This document shows, in pieces, positions 50,545 to 63,963 of a DNA stretch of 64,000 nt. The position numbers and the translations under genes were made by a program. The stretch comes from Octopus sinensis. Its lineage: Eukaryota. How positions within the stretch are numbered: position 1 is the stretch's first letter; the number at the start of each line of letters is the position of its first letter. The notes beneath the pieces are model-generated. The model did no database searches. It was not told where the DNA came from and saw nothing but the letters and a program-made list of their open reading frames with translations. The stretch is taken from positions 102,610,001 to 102,674,000 of the forward strand of contig NC_042998.1 of NCBI RefSeq assembly GCF_006345805.1, written 5' to 3'.

Positions 50545-53208
50545 CTATTTAAAGGCCAGATAAGTGTAACGCCGCCAATGGGGGCATCGAAAAGCCGACT
50601 GTAAGAGCCCGTTTACCATCCGGCCTCTGGCAAACAAAATATGGAAGAGTTCGGAGACACAAAGGTTGCACTGTCTTCTGCCCCTATCAAATGGGAGGGC
50701 CACCGACAAAATTGACCATTCCAGCCTATAGCTTAAGTTCGCATCCTTCAGTCGCCATATTAGCTTACTGAGTCCCGTGGTCTGGCGCTTGTTCACGTCC
50801 CGAAAAGTTGCGTAATGGTTGGAGACACGCAAAGACAATCTTGAGGATGATGCCCCTACATAAGTGAAGGCATCTGAGTCCGTGTAAACCTTGCATTGGT
50901 AGACGGCGTTTTTGATCTTGGAGTTCGCCGACGTGAATCTTAATCTGCTAGGATTGGTTTCTGAAATTAGAACTGCGTTCCTGTCACTATATTCGTTCCG
51001 AGACCTGCAGCCGCTTACTACTCTATTTTCCACTACGTCACTATTAACTATAGGAATAACCCCTGATTCTCCACTATCTGTCAGAGTGCTGTCATTGCTA
51101 CTGCCCGTGGTACTGCTATTGCGGGAAATGATGCTGGGGATGCTAATGGGGCTCTCTACCCTACTCCCATTGTTACCGTCAACCACAACACCCCTATTTA
51201 TAACTATACCCCTAGTGGGTACTCCCTGGCTGGAGCTGAGATTATGTGTCACTGTACTGGCTCTCATATCATTATTACTACTATAATTATTCCTACTGAG
51301 CATTAAACCGGGAGCGGAAGAGGATGTGCCTCCGGAAAAAGGTGATAGGGTCTTAGTAAGTAGCCTATTATTATGGGAGGCGATTATCTGGGCGAGGTTT
51401 TTAGTGTTGGAGAAAGCTATCCTAACTTTATGTGAGTTAACCGTGGAGTAATATTTGGAATTTCTGGGGAAGTTATTGGCGATGGCTTGTCTAAACATGA
51501 GGGGGAGGTTAGTTCTAATCTGCTTACCAAAGGGGATTACAAACCATATATGCTTATTCCTATCAGTGTGATGGGTCGGGACGCCAGCTCTCGCATTCGG
51601 GTGGGTGATTCTCGGATGAATAACGGGTCTTGGGTTAGTGTAAGACCTCCCGGACCGATAATTATCCTTGTTCGCTAAATTAAATGCGGGAGCGACTACC
51701 CCGGCATCCGCCGCGCTCCCGTCCTTACTTAAAATGTTAATGTTATTATATACGGCCCTATCCTGATGACCGAATGATGGCATCGGAAGGGCCGGATCAA
51801 TATAAATTACCTTCTGCCTATAACCGGCCTTGGATAGTGCGGCGTTATAAAATTCCGCTTTCTGCATAAAAATATCGGCACTGGCGGACAAGCCAGACAA
51901 TCTTAGAGAGATGTTTTTAACCAAATTGTCTGTTACGGTTTTGGCATGATTTGAGAAGACACTGACATACTTCAAATTAGTGGAAGGCTTATGGTAAGGG
52001 CAGTATGAGTCGCTATTAAGGTTAAGTGTAACGTCTAGGAAATTAGCCTTGGTGAGTTCATTATCAAAAACTATACTCATGCCCATTCTATTAAAAAACC
52101 TAGCTAACCTGCTCTTAGTTTTCTGCACTATTCTGTTCGTGGTGTTTTGCAGGTAAAACAGACAATCGTCACGATACAGGCCGCCCGCGATCTCCGGGAA
52201 TTGATCGGACAATTCGTAGAGAATATATATTCCGACCAAATCGGCTATCTGCGCACTATCCGAACTACCCATAGGCACATCAAATTCATTGGGAGTATCT
52301 TTACGGATCCACAACTTATTATCAAACTTAATAAACGATTTCCTGGCAACTAAAATGATATCTATCTCTTCTCTGGTGAGGCCAGCCTTGTTGTGAGCAT
52401 GCCAGAGGGCCTTATTTAGCACACTAGGGTTAATCGAGGGGTAGAAGCTGGCGATATCAAACTGAATGAACCTAGTACGGTTCTTATTGGGGATGGAAGA
52501 GAACCACTTCACTACCTGCGAGGAGTTGGCCCAGAGGCTGAGCTTCAGCTTGTTTACTAAACTAGGGATATATTTATCTAAAATGTACTTACTGATTATC
52601 CCGATATCAGATCTAGCAGGGCATATGAGTCTTAGCGCTGGGTTGGTGTGGAAGTTAGGTTTATGGTCCTTCACTATAAATCTGGGTTGCTTGGGGCTAA
52701 GCGGCTGAGTTCTCATTTGAATTCGGTGTTTAAATATTATATCCTTAATTTCCAAGTTTACCTTCCTCAGGGTACTCCAATTGGTTTTTCTATAATTTTT
52801 CTTGATCTCTTTACCGAGTAAATCTAGGTACTGCTTAATGGGCATCTTGTATGTGTTCCTGGTCTTGTCGGACTGGACCAGGACTCCGTCCGTTCTATTA
52901 ATGTCCTTGGTAATTTTATCTAGGTATCTGAGGTGGGCATTTCTCCTGGGTGACTTCCTGAACTTAATCTTTCTAACTATGTCCCACAAGTCGTCCTCAA
53001 ACTTCTTCAGTCTTGGGTTCGGTGGCGGCGTATCCAATGTTTTAAAAAGCCGGCCGTATTCGGACGATGCTGTTGTCCGGTTCGATTTTAGATCTTCGTT
53101 CTCGTGGAAGAAAATGAGCCATCTTATCCGGTTTATGAATGCGTTGGTTTTACAAACCAACTCCTTAAGGAAGGCATCCTTTGGTGGTATAGGAATATCC
53201 TTAAGGGA
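50545..53208 (-). CDS. PLE reverse transcriptase + GIY-YIG endonuclease (open frame extends 16 codons upstream of the annotated TTG; no ATG at the 5' end)
   Basis: SLKDIPIPPKDAFLKELVCKTNAFINRIRW...FIQFDIASFYPSI...VPMGSSDSAQIADLVG...GLYRDDCL...VYQC..YVGA..RVSNH...CNLC.SE...RCPH. Confidence 0.93.
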   Translation of the reverse strand, partial: SLKDIPIPPKDAFLKELVCKTNAFINRIRWLIFFHENEDLKSNRTTASSEYGRLFKTLDTPPPNPRLKKFEDDLWDIVRKIKFRKSPRRNAHLRYLDKITKDINRTDGVLVQSDKTRNTYKMPIKQYLDLLGKEIKKNYRKTNWSTLRKVNLEIKDIIFKHRIQMRTQPLSPKQPRFIVKDHKPNFHTNPALRLICPARSDIGIISKYILDKYIPSLVNKLKLSLWANSSQVVKWFSSIPNKNRTRFIQFDIASFYPSINPSVLNKALWHAHNKAGLTREEIDIILVARKSFIKFDNKLWIRKDTPNEFDVPMGSSDSAQIADLVGIYILYELSDQFPEIAGGLYRDDCLFYLQNTTNRIVQKTKSRLARFFNRMGMSIVFDNELTKANFLDVTLNLNSDSYCPYHKPSTNLKYVSVFSNHAKTVTDNLVKNISLRLSGLSASADIFMQKAEFYNAALSKAGYRQKVIYIDPALPMPSFGHQDRAVYNNINILSKDGSAADAGVVAPAFNLANKDNYRSGRSYTNPRPVIHPRITHPNARAGVPTHHTDRNKHIWFVIPFGKQIRTNLPLMFRQAIANNFPRNSKYYSTVNSHKVRIAFSNTKNLAQIIASHNNRLLTKTLSPFSGGTSSSAPGLMLSRNNYSSNNDMRASTVTHNLSSSQGVPTRGIVINRGVVVDGNNGSRVESPISIPSIISRNSSTTGSSNDSTLTDSGESGVIPIVNSDVVENRVVSGCRSRNEYSDRNAVLISETNPSRLRFTSANSKIKNAVYQCKVYTDSDAFTYVGASSSRLSLRVSNHYATFRDVNKRQTTGLSKLIWRLKDANLSYRLEWSILSVALPFDRGRRQCNLCVSELFHILFARGRMVNGLLQSAFRCPHWRRYTYLAFK

Positions 53209-53224
53209 TTATATATATATATAT

Positions 53225-53263
<39 letters not shown>

Positions 53264-53766
53264 TATACATACACATGCATATCTGTATATATGAAACTTA
53301 CTTAGATAAAACTTAGTTATGTTTCAACCAAAGATTGATGCAGGCCTGATTGGATTATCTAAATCCTTTCCTAAATCTCAATTTTTTAGGTATCATCGCC
53401 CATTCGAGTAGAGAAGTCTTGTTGAGTGAGTTGTATCCAAGTTTAGGTGGCTTATCTGGTATTCCTTGAACAAATTTGCCCAGATTCCCATTAAAGATGA
53501 TCAGATCCTTTTCCGTTTGATTTTTTGGGGGGACAATGTTAAATAGGGCAGGGTCTGTTGAGGAAAACAAATTGTGTTGCAGTGTATTTATGTGTTATGA
53601 TCTTGAATTGGGTAATGGAAGTATGGCCCATGGACCTATCCTTGGATGAATTTTAAAGCTAATGTTGAGGTCGTTTGGGCAATACTGGCGGTATATTATC
53701 CACATCGTGCAAATGATGAATCGCTCGCGGCGGTGATGCCCTTAACAATACAGGCATATATTAGTA

Positions 53767-53803
<37 letters not shown>

Positions 53804-53872
53804 ATGTGTGTATATATATATATATTTATGTATGTATATATGTATATACATATGTATATACATACATACATG

Positions 53873-53904
<32 letters not shown>

Positions 53905-54860
53905 GGTTATATTAAATTTCTAAGCGAGATGTAAACAGTAACAATTCGGAATCATTACATATAATTACCAACCAAGATTGGCGCCCTGTACGGGGCAGTG
54001 CTACAGGAATTTATAGCCCCAGCAGGATAACGACACACATTCTGTGTCCGATTAGTATTTGCGAGGGGAGGTCGTCGTTCCCATCTCTAGTCTGACGTGA
54101 TACACACGGCCTTGAGTTTCTGGCTGGTTACCCATCCTCAGCGTGTGTCAATCACCTGCTAGTGATATAGTAGACGCGAATTTAATTGAAAATATTGTTC
54201 AAGCAATTTATTTGATAATTGAGTGTAGAAGGTGCTGGCTTCAAGATTTTATTCCTCTCATGTCAGATAATGGAGAGAATGAGTTATGGTTAATGTATAA
54301 GTATGTCTTCCTAATCTCTTCCTAATGCCTTCCTAATGAATGGTACTAACTTTAGTAGACACCAGAAAGTGATTAATTGCTTGTTAAAAGGTTAAAATGC
54401 TACGTATATCATATGCACAGAGGACCAAATTGTAACAAGTTTTGTTATGTAGTAATGGAGTTTTTCAGTAAATAACAACATATGTCCATACGAGGGTAAT
54501 TAGTAAATCCCCTGGAAATTATTGCCTTAACTCCTGGCACTTATAGGGCTGGCTATCAGGTTTCAAGCTTATATACGACGAAGATCACTTCCCTTTCTGT
54601 GAGCAGGTCGCCAGTTTGTCATAGGATTACTTATTTATTCCTGAATGGATGGGAGTAACGTGAAATGAAATCTATTGATCAGGAATACTACACATCCCTC
54701 AGTCGAGAATCAGTACTATGATCATGCTATCATACTTGCAACAACCAAACCAGTATGGCATGCACCTTCAAAGAGATTACAGAACAAGAGAATCACACAG
54801 TAATTCAGAACTCTATTTTCCTCTTTCCCTTGTCTCTCGCTCTACCTCTGTCTGTCTGTA

Positions 54861-54894
<34 letters not shown>

Positions 54895-56923
54895 TTCTGC
54901 ACATATATGTGCGAGTGTTTGTGATGTATGTTCACCACTGTGCAGACACACACACCTGCACGCGTTTTCGCGTGCACTCACACGCATGCACATACACGCT
55001 TATATGCTGAGAGAGTGAAAGAAAGAGAAGAGTGATGTGCACCAAATGAGGTCGTAAATTTTTAGTTTCCATAAGGGAAGATTTTAGTCACTGAACGCGA
55101 CCACTTATTCAACATGTAATCAGTACTAGGAATATATGTATGCATATGAACTCAAAAGACCTACATAAAAAAATATGCGTACGAATGATGCCTATTCGTA
55201 TATTTCGCACTTTCGGAAAATAAAAATAAATCTGGACTATAAGAAATTGATCCACTAGAAACACCAGATAATTATCTCCGCAACCATATCCCGAAATCTT
55301 TAACAACAGGAATAAATATTAGGCAACTGATTCTCTGATACACTGTAAGAAAAGACATGGCGATAAAAGTGAATTGAACGCCTTTAAGTTTAAATTCCAA
55401 GTATTAACAAAAACAGTAATATGAAATTTAGATTTAATTATAATCTCGAAGATTGTAGTTCATAAACATATATTATGAATGTAGTATAAGTACTGACGAC
55501 ATCGACGCAATTGAGCATCACAAAGGAAAGAAATCAATTTAAGAAGACTATGTGTTGATGGAATAGAGATAATAGCGAATAATGTTTGGTTATATCTCTT
55601 AATACCGCAGCATATATCCATGAGCAAAATGGATTTCATGGTAAATTCTGATATTCAGATATGTTTAATATCCTATTTTGATTAACTATTTCTCCATTAC
55701 CCTTTATCTCTATCTCCGTGAATGCCATATATATAATGAAAAAAACCTCCATCTTTGATAATTTTCATTTATTTCGACCAGGAATAATCAACTTTGAGCT
55801 CACGAAACATATAGCTGATTCCCAGTTTTCAATGCAATATTGCCCATAGCCAAATGATCATATCACATACTTCCTTAACAATTTTTTTCAAATAAGATGT
55901 GACAAGAATTTTATGAAATTAAAATTTCATGTTCTGTATGTTTTACCAACACGTGCGAGGACACAAACACTCTAAGCGAAACAATCAGACTCTGAATTCA
56001 TTAATATTTTTGTATTAGCATTAGCACTTACGAAGTTTCAGTTGTTATAGATGTTGTTATCCATTGGATATAAGAGAGCAGATTTTTCATAATATAATAT
56101 TAAGAAAAATGGAGAGTTTGGAAGCAGAAATAACGATTTATTTATTTAATAGTCAATTTCATAAGGCCTATGTACATTTCAATTTCTTACCTTCATTCAT
56201 AGTTTTGCACTTTATGCATTTAAAAGGTAAAAATCTCTTCAGGGCAAAAATTGACATTTTTGTAATGCTATAACGGTTTCTCAAATATCTTCTGATCGCA
56301 ATGACCCCTATAATCCATTGTGTTCTTCATTTTCCCAGCCTTAAATATTTTATTTCCTCACATTAACTCTCCTCAATTTCATTACCTTCTACAGCTATTT
56401 TCTTTTTCGTATTATTCTTAGAAATATTCATCTTCCTCCACCTCCTTATCCTCATCATCATCATCATCATCAACATTATAATCATCATCATCATTATCCT
56501 CACCCTCATCGAATTCTTCCTCATCATCATTATCCTCGCGTTACCCTGCTTTTGTCCCCTCCTATTTTATTTCCTCACATTAACTCTCCTCAATTTCATT
56601 ACCTTCTACAGCTATTTTCTTTTTCGTATTATTCTTAGAAATATTCATCTTATTAAACTTATTAAACATTCACTATCAACAGTTACATTTTTCACCTGAT
56701 CTTTTCCTAATATACTCATCATTATTATTCACTTAAAATATTGCTTCTTTTCTCATTACAGCCGCACGCCTACATATTTACTGGTCTTATCTAAGCAGGG
56801 CAGATTCAAAACGTCTGGCTTAGTTGTAAGAAGATGATAGAAACCAATTATCTATAGAGTGTTTTTGCCACGGATTTCTTCTGTTATTAAAAGTTACTTC
56901 AACTGATTTGAATTAATCAATCA

Positions 56924-57008
<85 letters not shown>

Positions 57009-57035
57009 ACTCTCTCACTGTGTGTAGGAATGCAT

Positions 57036-57068
<33 letters not shown>

Positions 57069-57268
57069 TATAGGGAGAGTTTACGAAAAAAACAAAAGAC
57101 GAAGACAGGTGGTGTATAAAACAAACAGATGTATTAGTATAACGCTCAGGAATAGAAAAAGGCTTTTACGCTTCGAGCCTACGCTCTTCTACAGAAGGGA
57201 CACAGAAAAAACAAGGAGAGAAAAAAGGTGTGTAGTGGCTAACGATCTATCATATATATATACATACA

Positions 57269-57315
<47 letters not shown>

Positions 57316-57774
57316 GTATTTGTATGTGCATTATATGGTATATACGCATATATTTATCTATCTATTCGTAATCAAATACATATATATATATATACTCTTT
57401 TACTCTTGTCTGAGACATTTAACAGTGGCCGTGCTGGAGCACCGTCTTTAGTCGAGCAAATCGAACCCAGGACTTATTCTTTCAAAGCCTAGTACTTCTT
57501 CTATCGTTCTTTTGCCGAACCACTAAGTTATAGGCAGGTAAACACACCAGCATCGTTTGTCAAGCGATGGGGGGGGGCAAACATATACACACACGTACAT
57601 ATATACATATATTCGACGAGCTCCCACTCACAAGGCTTTGGTCGGCGCGAGGCTATAGTAGAAGGCATTTACCCAAGGTGCCACGCAGTGGGGCTGAACC
57701 CGGAACCATGTGGTTGGTAAGCAAGCTACTTACCACACAGTCACTCTTGCGCTTTGTATGTATATATATATAAC

Positions 57775-57843
<69 letters not shown>

Positions 57844-58348
57844 GAAATATGTTGAAAAAGAAAATATAAAATACACGTGGAAATGTAAGGGTAAAATATG
57901 AAAGATCAACGAAACCATGGTATGCTTCGTTTTCTGACTTTATAATCATCTCATAATAATGACTTTTATTACTACTTCAGTGTATCTAAATATATATATT
58001 TGTCGTTACGTTTCATAAAAAATCCTTTTTTTCATTTACAATGTGCATTTTCGTTGATTTTTCATATTTTACCTCCATATATATATATATAATCAAAATA
58101 AGCAAGACGTGATGCAGTACGACCGTTTCAAGCGACTTCATTTAATTGAACAATGCAATTATTACATCAATTTAAATGCAGGGCAATCATCAGCTGCACA
58201 ATTAAATAAATAGATGAAACTTTTTCCTCAAATACTCAGTCACATATATATGTATGTGTATGCCTATATACATGCATATAATTATATATATGTATATGTA
58301 TGTGTATGCATATATATATACATATAATTATATATATATATATATATA

Positions 58349-59348
58349 CTAGCATTATGACCCGTCGTTGCCGGGTCAAAGTGCTAATGCATGCATATAT
58401 GTGTATATATATGTGTACATATTACATTACATCTATATATATACATCTACACATAAAATACAAAATAGAAAGTTATATCTTGATATCGCTAGTGATAACA
58501 ATACTCAAAATATATAACAGACTGGAATTGTAAGGCCCTCTCTTGCAATTTCGATCAATTGTATCTTGTCCTCTCTCTTGTATAGAAGTGTGGCTACAAT
58601 CCAGCCTACCTCAACTTCTAGAAGGGGGGCATTTTTATTTTTTATCCGGCACGTCCTACGTCCCAGATATAAAGGTAAAAATAAAATATTTCCACTTTGC
58701 AAGTTCGAGTCGAGTACTCCCTTGCACGCTCCGTTGACTCGAACCGTGCTTCTATTGTGGCGAATTTACCGCCTCTGGTTAGATATTTTTCCTAGTCGCA
58801 CCAAGACACTTTTCGATGGTGCTTTCCTCCAGGTGTTCAAATCTTCTTTTGTCTCTACATTGTATACTTTATAGACAATAGTCTTTTCTTTAATTTAATT
58901 TTTTATTATCCATCTGGACTATTCCATTTCTGCACGCTAATTTTATTTTTAATTTATTCCCATTCATGTGAAACCACTTATTCAAGTTCAACTCATTGAT
59001 GCAATTTTATGCCAATTGCTATTTTTACTTTTGTTATGTTACGATTATATTATACTTTAGTTTGATTTTAATTATTACTTACTACATATAATTCAATTGT
59101 TATTATTATTTTTATTGTTAAAGTGAAAGTATCTGACATAAAATAGAGAAATATTTTTGTATCACTTTTAACACGTAATACTGAAATAGTGGAGAAGATA
59201 TGATATTGCTGTGGGCTCGCCCTAGGTAAAAAGTTTTAAAATTCTTGTTGCCGATGATACTCCCCGGACCCCAAGTGAAGCATGTGTAAAATTTGAATGA
59301 AATTGGTTGTGTAGTTCTCAAGTTTTAGGGAAACAGACAGACATACAT

Positions 59349-59379
<31 letters not shown>

Positions 59380-59405
59380 CGCATTCTCAGTTTTATAGAT
59401 AGAGA
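58349..59405 (-). mobile_element. Complete non-autonomous Helitron
   Basis: 5' A^TCTCTATCTATAAAAC at 59405, internal (CTGT)n, 3' hairpin gacccg..cgggtc then CTAG^T at 58349; decayed helicase-like segment (GNILFL...WIVATLL). Confidence 0.85.
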
Positions 59406-60049
59406 TGTATATATGCATACATATACATGTATATGTGACTGTGTGAGAGAAAAGAGAGCGTGTGTATGTGTGCGCCTTTGTGTGAGCATCTGTGTGTGTG
59501 TACGTGTGTGAGTGTCTGTGTATATTCTCGTCTTATCATAATCGTTCGGCAATGAAAAACGTTACTGGTTATAGAAGTTTGTATTACATGGAGTCTAACA
59601 GCTAAAGCACTGTTGTGATAATTACATACGAATTGAAATGTATACTATTATTGTCTGAGTAAAACAACATCCGATTTACATTAAGTTGGAACTTAAATCA
59701 CAATAATATTGGATCATTGCTAAATGTATCACGTCTCCTAAATTTTATGCCTATTGGAATCTTGTGAATAAAAACTTATCTTAGAAATCTACTTTAATTT
59801 TAGATGCTTCTATCAATTTTGCACTATGAAAAACGTCAATATTTTACAACAAATGTCAACGTTCATGTAGTGCTTTTCAAAATATATTGTGATTGCCATG
59901 TACGCACTTTACATGTGGTAGACGATGTAGCACTTAGATTAGAGTAGTTTTTAATATAATTGCATATTAGATACAAGGATTGATTTCTTTATTAAGCCAC
60001 GCAGAGCCGAACACAGAGGAGACAATACAATATAGAATTTTCCCCCGAT

Positions 60050-61200
60050 CATTCGGGACCAAAAACGTTTTGGAACGTGTACACAAAGAGACAACAAGGT
60101 AATAAAACAAGCTTCCCTACTCTCAACTGTCTTTCCAAGTAATACTTGAAACAGATGATAACAGGTTGGCCAGATAGGAAAGTATTAGTCTATAAGCCTT
60201 TCAAATGAGTCCACCATAAACACTCCTTTGCCATAGCCACTAGTACTTTGAAAACTGCTTTGCCTTCCTCGTTAAAGAAAGGTGGCAAGGCAATGTTTAT
60301 GATAGACTCGGTTGACAACCGGACTCATCCAACACGTGATAGTAACCGTTTGCCATAGGCCCACATGTAGGAAATATTTGAACATTGTACGAGTGCAGGC
60401 AGAACGGTTTCATCGTTCTAACCGCATCAAGAGCAAGTTTGTTCGGTGCTTCTTGACCCGTGTCTGTAGACCTTATCTCGAACAGGCAACGCTCCCTCGT
60501 AGCACTGACAGGCCATAGGTCCTGGCCTGAAACTGATCCTGAAGATGCGAGTCAGGTATTCCATGTCGACGCTCAGAGTCTCCCCAAGAATGTCGTCGCA
60601 CCTCCCCGCCACTAGTCCTCTATAGAACGCCTTGAAATGACAGCAGTTTGAACCCGGATAACCGAGCTGCATGGCAGCATGGGGACACATGCGGTGTCAT
60701 TCGCCCATCCTCGGTTTCTGCTTAATTCATGATTGCAGTTCGGTCAATAAGACGAGCTGCGGAAAAGAGCGTCTCACAAACGGCGACCTCACTTGTTCAC
60801 CGCCGTCTATGAAACGCTGCCGATATCGCAGTCTCAGCGGATGTCTGCGCATCATCAACCACGGCATTTAGCGGATGATGACAGCAAATGGATCGCCTAG
60901 CCATCGGAACGCTTCCCCTCCGCAAAAAGCGGAAAAGGTATGCGTTCAATTTTCTTGATGGTATGGTCGAGGCAAGGCACGACGGTCAGACAGTAGTAGA
61001 TGACAGATGCGATGTACGCATTCGCCACCTCAGTCCGACCTCTTAGGGGTAGCTTCCTCTCGGTCCATAGTTGGATGAGAGTGACCACCCTGCTCGTCAT
61101 CTCATACCAGTTTTTCTCCATTTGAAGGTTTGGACCGACCCAGATCCCGAGCAATTTAAGTGATCCGCCAGTGTAGTATCACGCGATGAAGACGCTGTTG
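60050..61200 (-). mobile_element. Tx1/L1-like LINE 3' fragment
   Basis: LGIWVGPNLQMEKNW...WTERKLPLRGRTEVANAYIASVIYY matches the L1/Tx1 thumb region. Confidence 0.75.
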
Positions 61201-62934
61201 GACAGCATACAAAGATAAGGTGGTGTGTTGATCAAAATGCTTAAATTAAACATGATATGATGCTTCTGCTTGGAGCCCATTACTTGCTTGCAATGAAGAA
61301 CAAGTACAAGTATTAATAAGGAGGAAAAATGGAGTAAATAGTATTCATGTAAAGTAAAAATTGTTGTAGAAAATTACGCATGGTGAGCGGTCTCCTACAT
61401 TCACTACAGATTATATTAAAAAGCAGCTGTCGATAGATTTTAATTCAAATTACAGTAATTCCTTGATTTTATATTTTCTGGTATTCTGTATTTTATGAAT
61501 ATACATTCTAGCTTACTATCCGTATCACAAGATAGCTGTCCAATTTATTAGCCGGTGACAATACAAAATACATATACATGCATGTATTTATGCTCACACG
61601 AAAACACATATCACATACTCACAAACATAAACACATACACACAGAGATTATACATGTAAGATATATTAATATCTAATATAGTAGTTCCCAAATGAATTAA
61701 ATCATCAAGATATTAAACAAGCTAATTTAATCAGGAAATATTCAAAAAGCTAACTGCAGATATCTGGAGATTTATGCTTTTATGGATAACGATTTAGCAT
61801 TTTAACGGTAATAAGTATGAAGCCTGCAATCGCATTATGTAAGTGCTTGCGATATGCCTGCATATTAACAAAATCTCTTTCTATATATATATATTACTCT
61901 CATTTATTTTGTCTATTTCGGGCCCTAAATGTGCTAAGAATTCGCGGCATCGGTGTCTACAAGGGATATATACATTATGAAACTATTAATAGAATTCGTT
62001 CAAGCAATAAAAAACAGTGTATTACTTCTATGTAAATAAGATGTTTATATCTCTCCCCATCAGAATCGAATGCATACACTCAAACACACACTGACACCAC
62101 ATACACCTACACACACACACACACACACAAACAAACATTGAAGCGTTATATTTAATAAATAGAGGAAGATATTACGTGCCTCAAGAAATATATTCATAAA
62201 TACTGATAAAATGTCACACGTATAAACACTTCTATCATTTCGCTCCGTATATAAAATAGCTTAGTGGTTATGGTAATTTGCTCAAGATCGTAACGTCCTT
62301 AGTTCGATTCCCGCCGGCTCATTGTGGCCTTGCGCAAGACATTTTATTCTACGTAGCTCCAGTAAAATCACCTGGCAAAAATGAGTTGTAATTGTAATTC
62401 AAAGGACCGGCTTTTTCATATTTTGTAACTCTAAATCTCCATGAAAACTGCATTAAGGCTACCTGTGTCTATGGCGTGCTCAGCCTAGTGTAGGTTAATT
62501 TCACGAGCAATGTTTTCCGTTGATCGGAAGAACAGCCTCAACACTCGTCGTCGAACATACGGAGACCCAGTTATATATATATATATATATATACACACAC
62601 ATGTGAGTAGACAAATGAAAGGTGGGCACTAAGCATATTTATTGGGAGTTACATGATTGGATAAAAATAATTTGGTTCAAACTCCTTTGTATTCTGGGTT
62701 TCAAGCGTGTCCCTAATCTTCGGCTATTGTCTAAATGAAAGTTCGTTTGAGGAGCGTCAATGTTTACTACTGGACGTTTATCGAGAACGGACACGCAGTG
62801 TTGCATTTCGATGTTAGTATTTTAGCGAGAACAATTACTTGGAAAATGCTGCACGGTGAGCAGGAAATCGGTCGCGGGCTGGGAGAGAAGTAGAAAGGGG
62901 TGGTAGATGTGGGAATATCTATCTATGTATATAT

Positions 62935-62987
<53 letters not shown>

Positions 62988-63731
62988 GGAACAAAATGCG
63001 AGAGGGCATTAAACGCTCAGACAGAAAAACGACACAAAGGCAGACTACAGAAACAACAATTAGAATGACAAGCCAAAAACGGCGGGTCATTCTGAGCTTT
63101 CTTTCATCAGTTAAGTACCAGAAGACATGACCATTTCGGACAGTTACACTTGAGATCGTTTCTATCTAGTTGTACTTAAAAAAGTCTAAGCTAAGAACAT
63201 TGGGCCCCTTTGTATGAAAGCTAGCAAATGTGTATGGCAACAAAGACGAAAGACAAACAAACAAAAAACGGTGAATATGGTACACAATTACGAATACAAC
63301 ACGAAATAACAACAGGCGTCTTTCGACTGACGGCGATTTAAATTGAGTTGGTGTGTATGAAGTAAAAGCTTAAAGGCAGGAACATGGGTGATAGACACAA
63401 TACGTAATAATTCTTTTGGCTAATTTTTAAAACAGATCGGCATTATGTCTAATTGCTGCTGATAAAAGACTGTGCTTGCGCTGTAGATTTGAAAAATTTT
63501 AACATGTGAGCACGAGGCATGTTGTATATTGCCTCGGACTTAGATATTATTCCTGCTGATGAGAGCTTACTCTAGCAAATTACCTGAAATCATGGTCTAG
63601 GAAATAGATGGTAAATGTTTTATTTCCCAACCTCTTTCGAAATTACACCTAATTTTGGTTTGGATTTTAACTACTTCTTCTAGTGGTTTAGATCTCCGAT
63701 TATGGCCATCTCTTATGTGTTTAAATGTAAA

Positions 63732-63790
<59 letters not shown>

Positions 63791-63867
63791 TACATACATA
63801 CATACATATAGATAGATAGATAATAGACAAACAGATAGATAGATAGATAGATAGATAATAGACAAAC

Positions 63868-63963
<96 letters not shown>

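Larger units (their letters stand above)
49786..53210 (-). mobile_element. Near full-length Hydra-type Penelope-like element between two (TA)n tracts (PLE-2)
   Basis: Uninterrupted ORF, ~750-bp 3' region with HHR, both ends abut (TA)n. Confidence 0.93.

Noticed and set aside
54490-54720. TACGAGGG mariner-like terminus
   Set aside because: No matching opposite TIR or transposase found.
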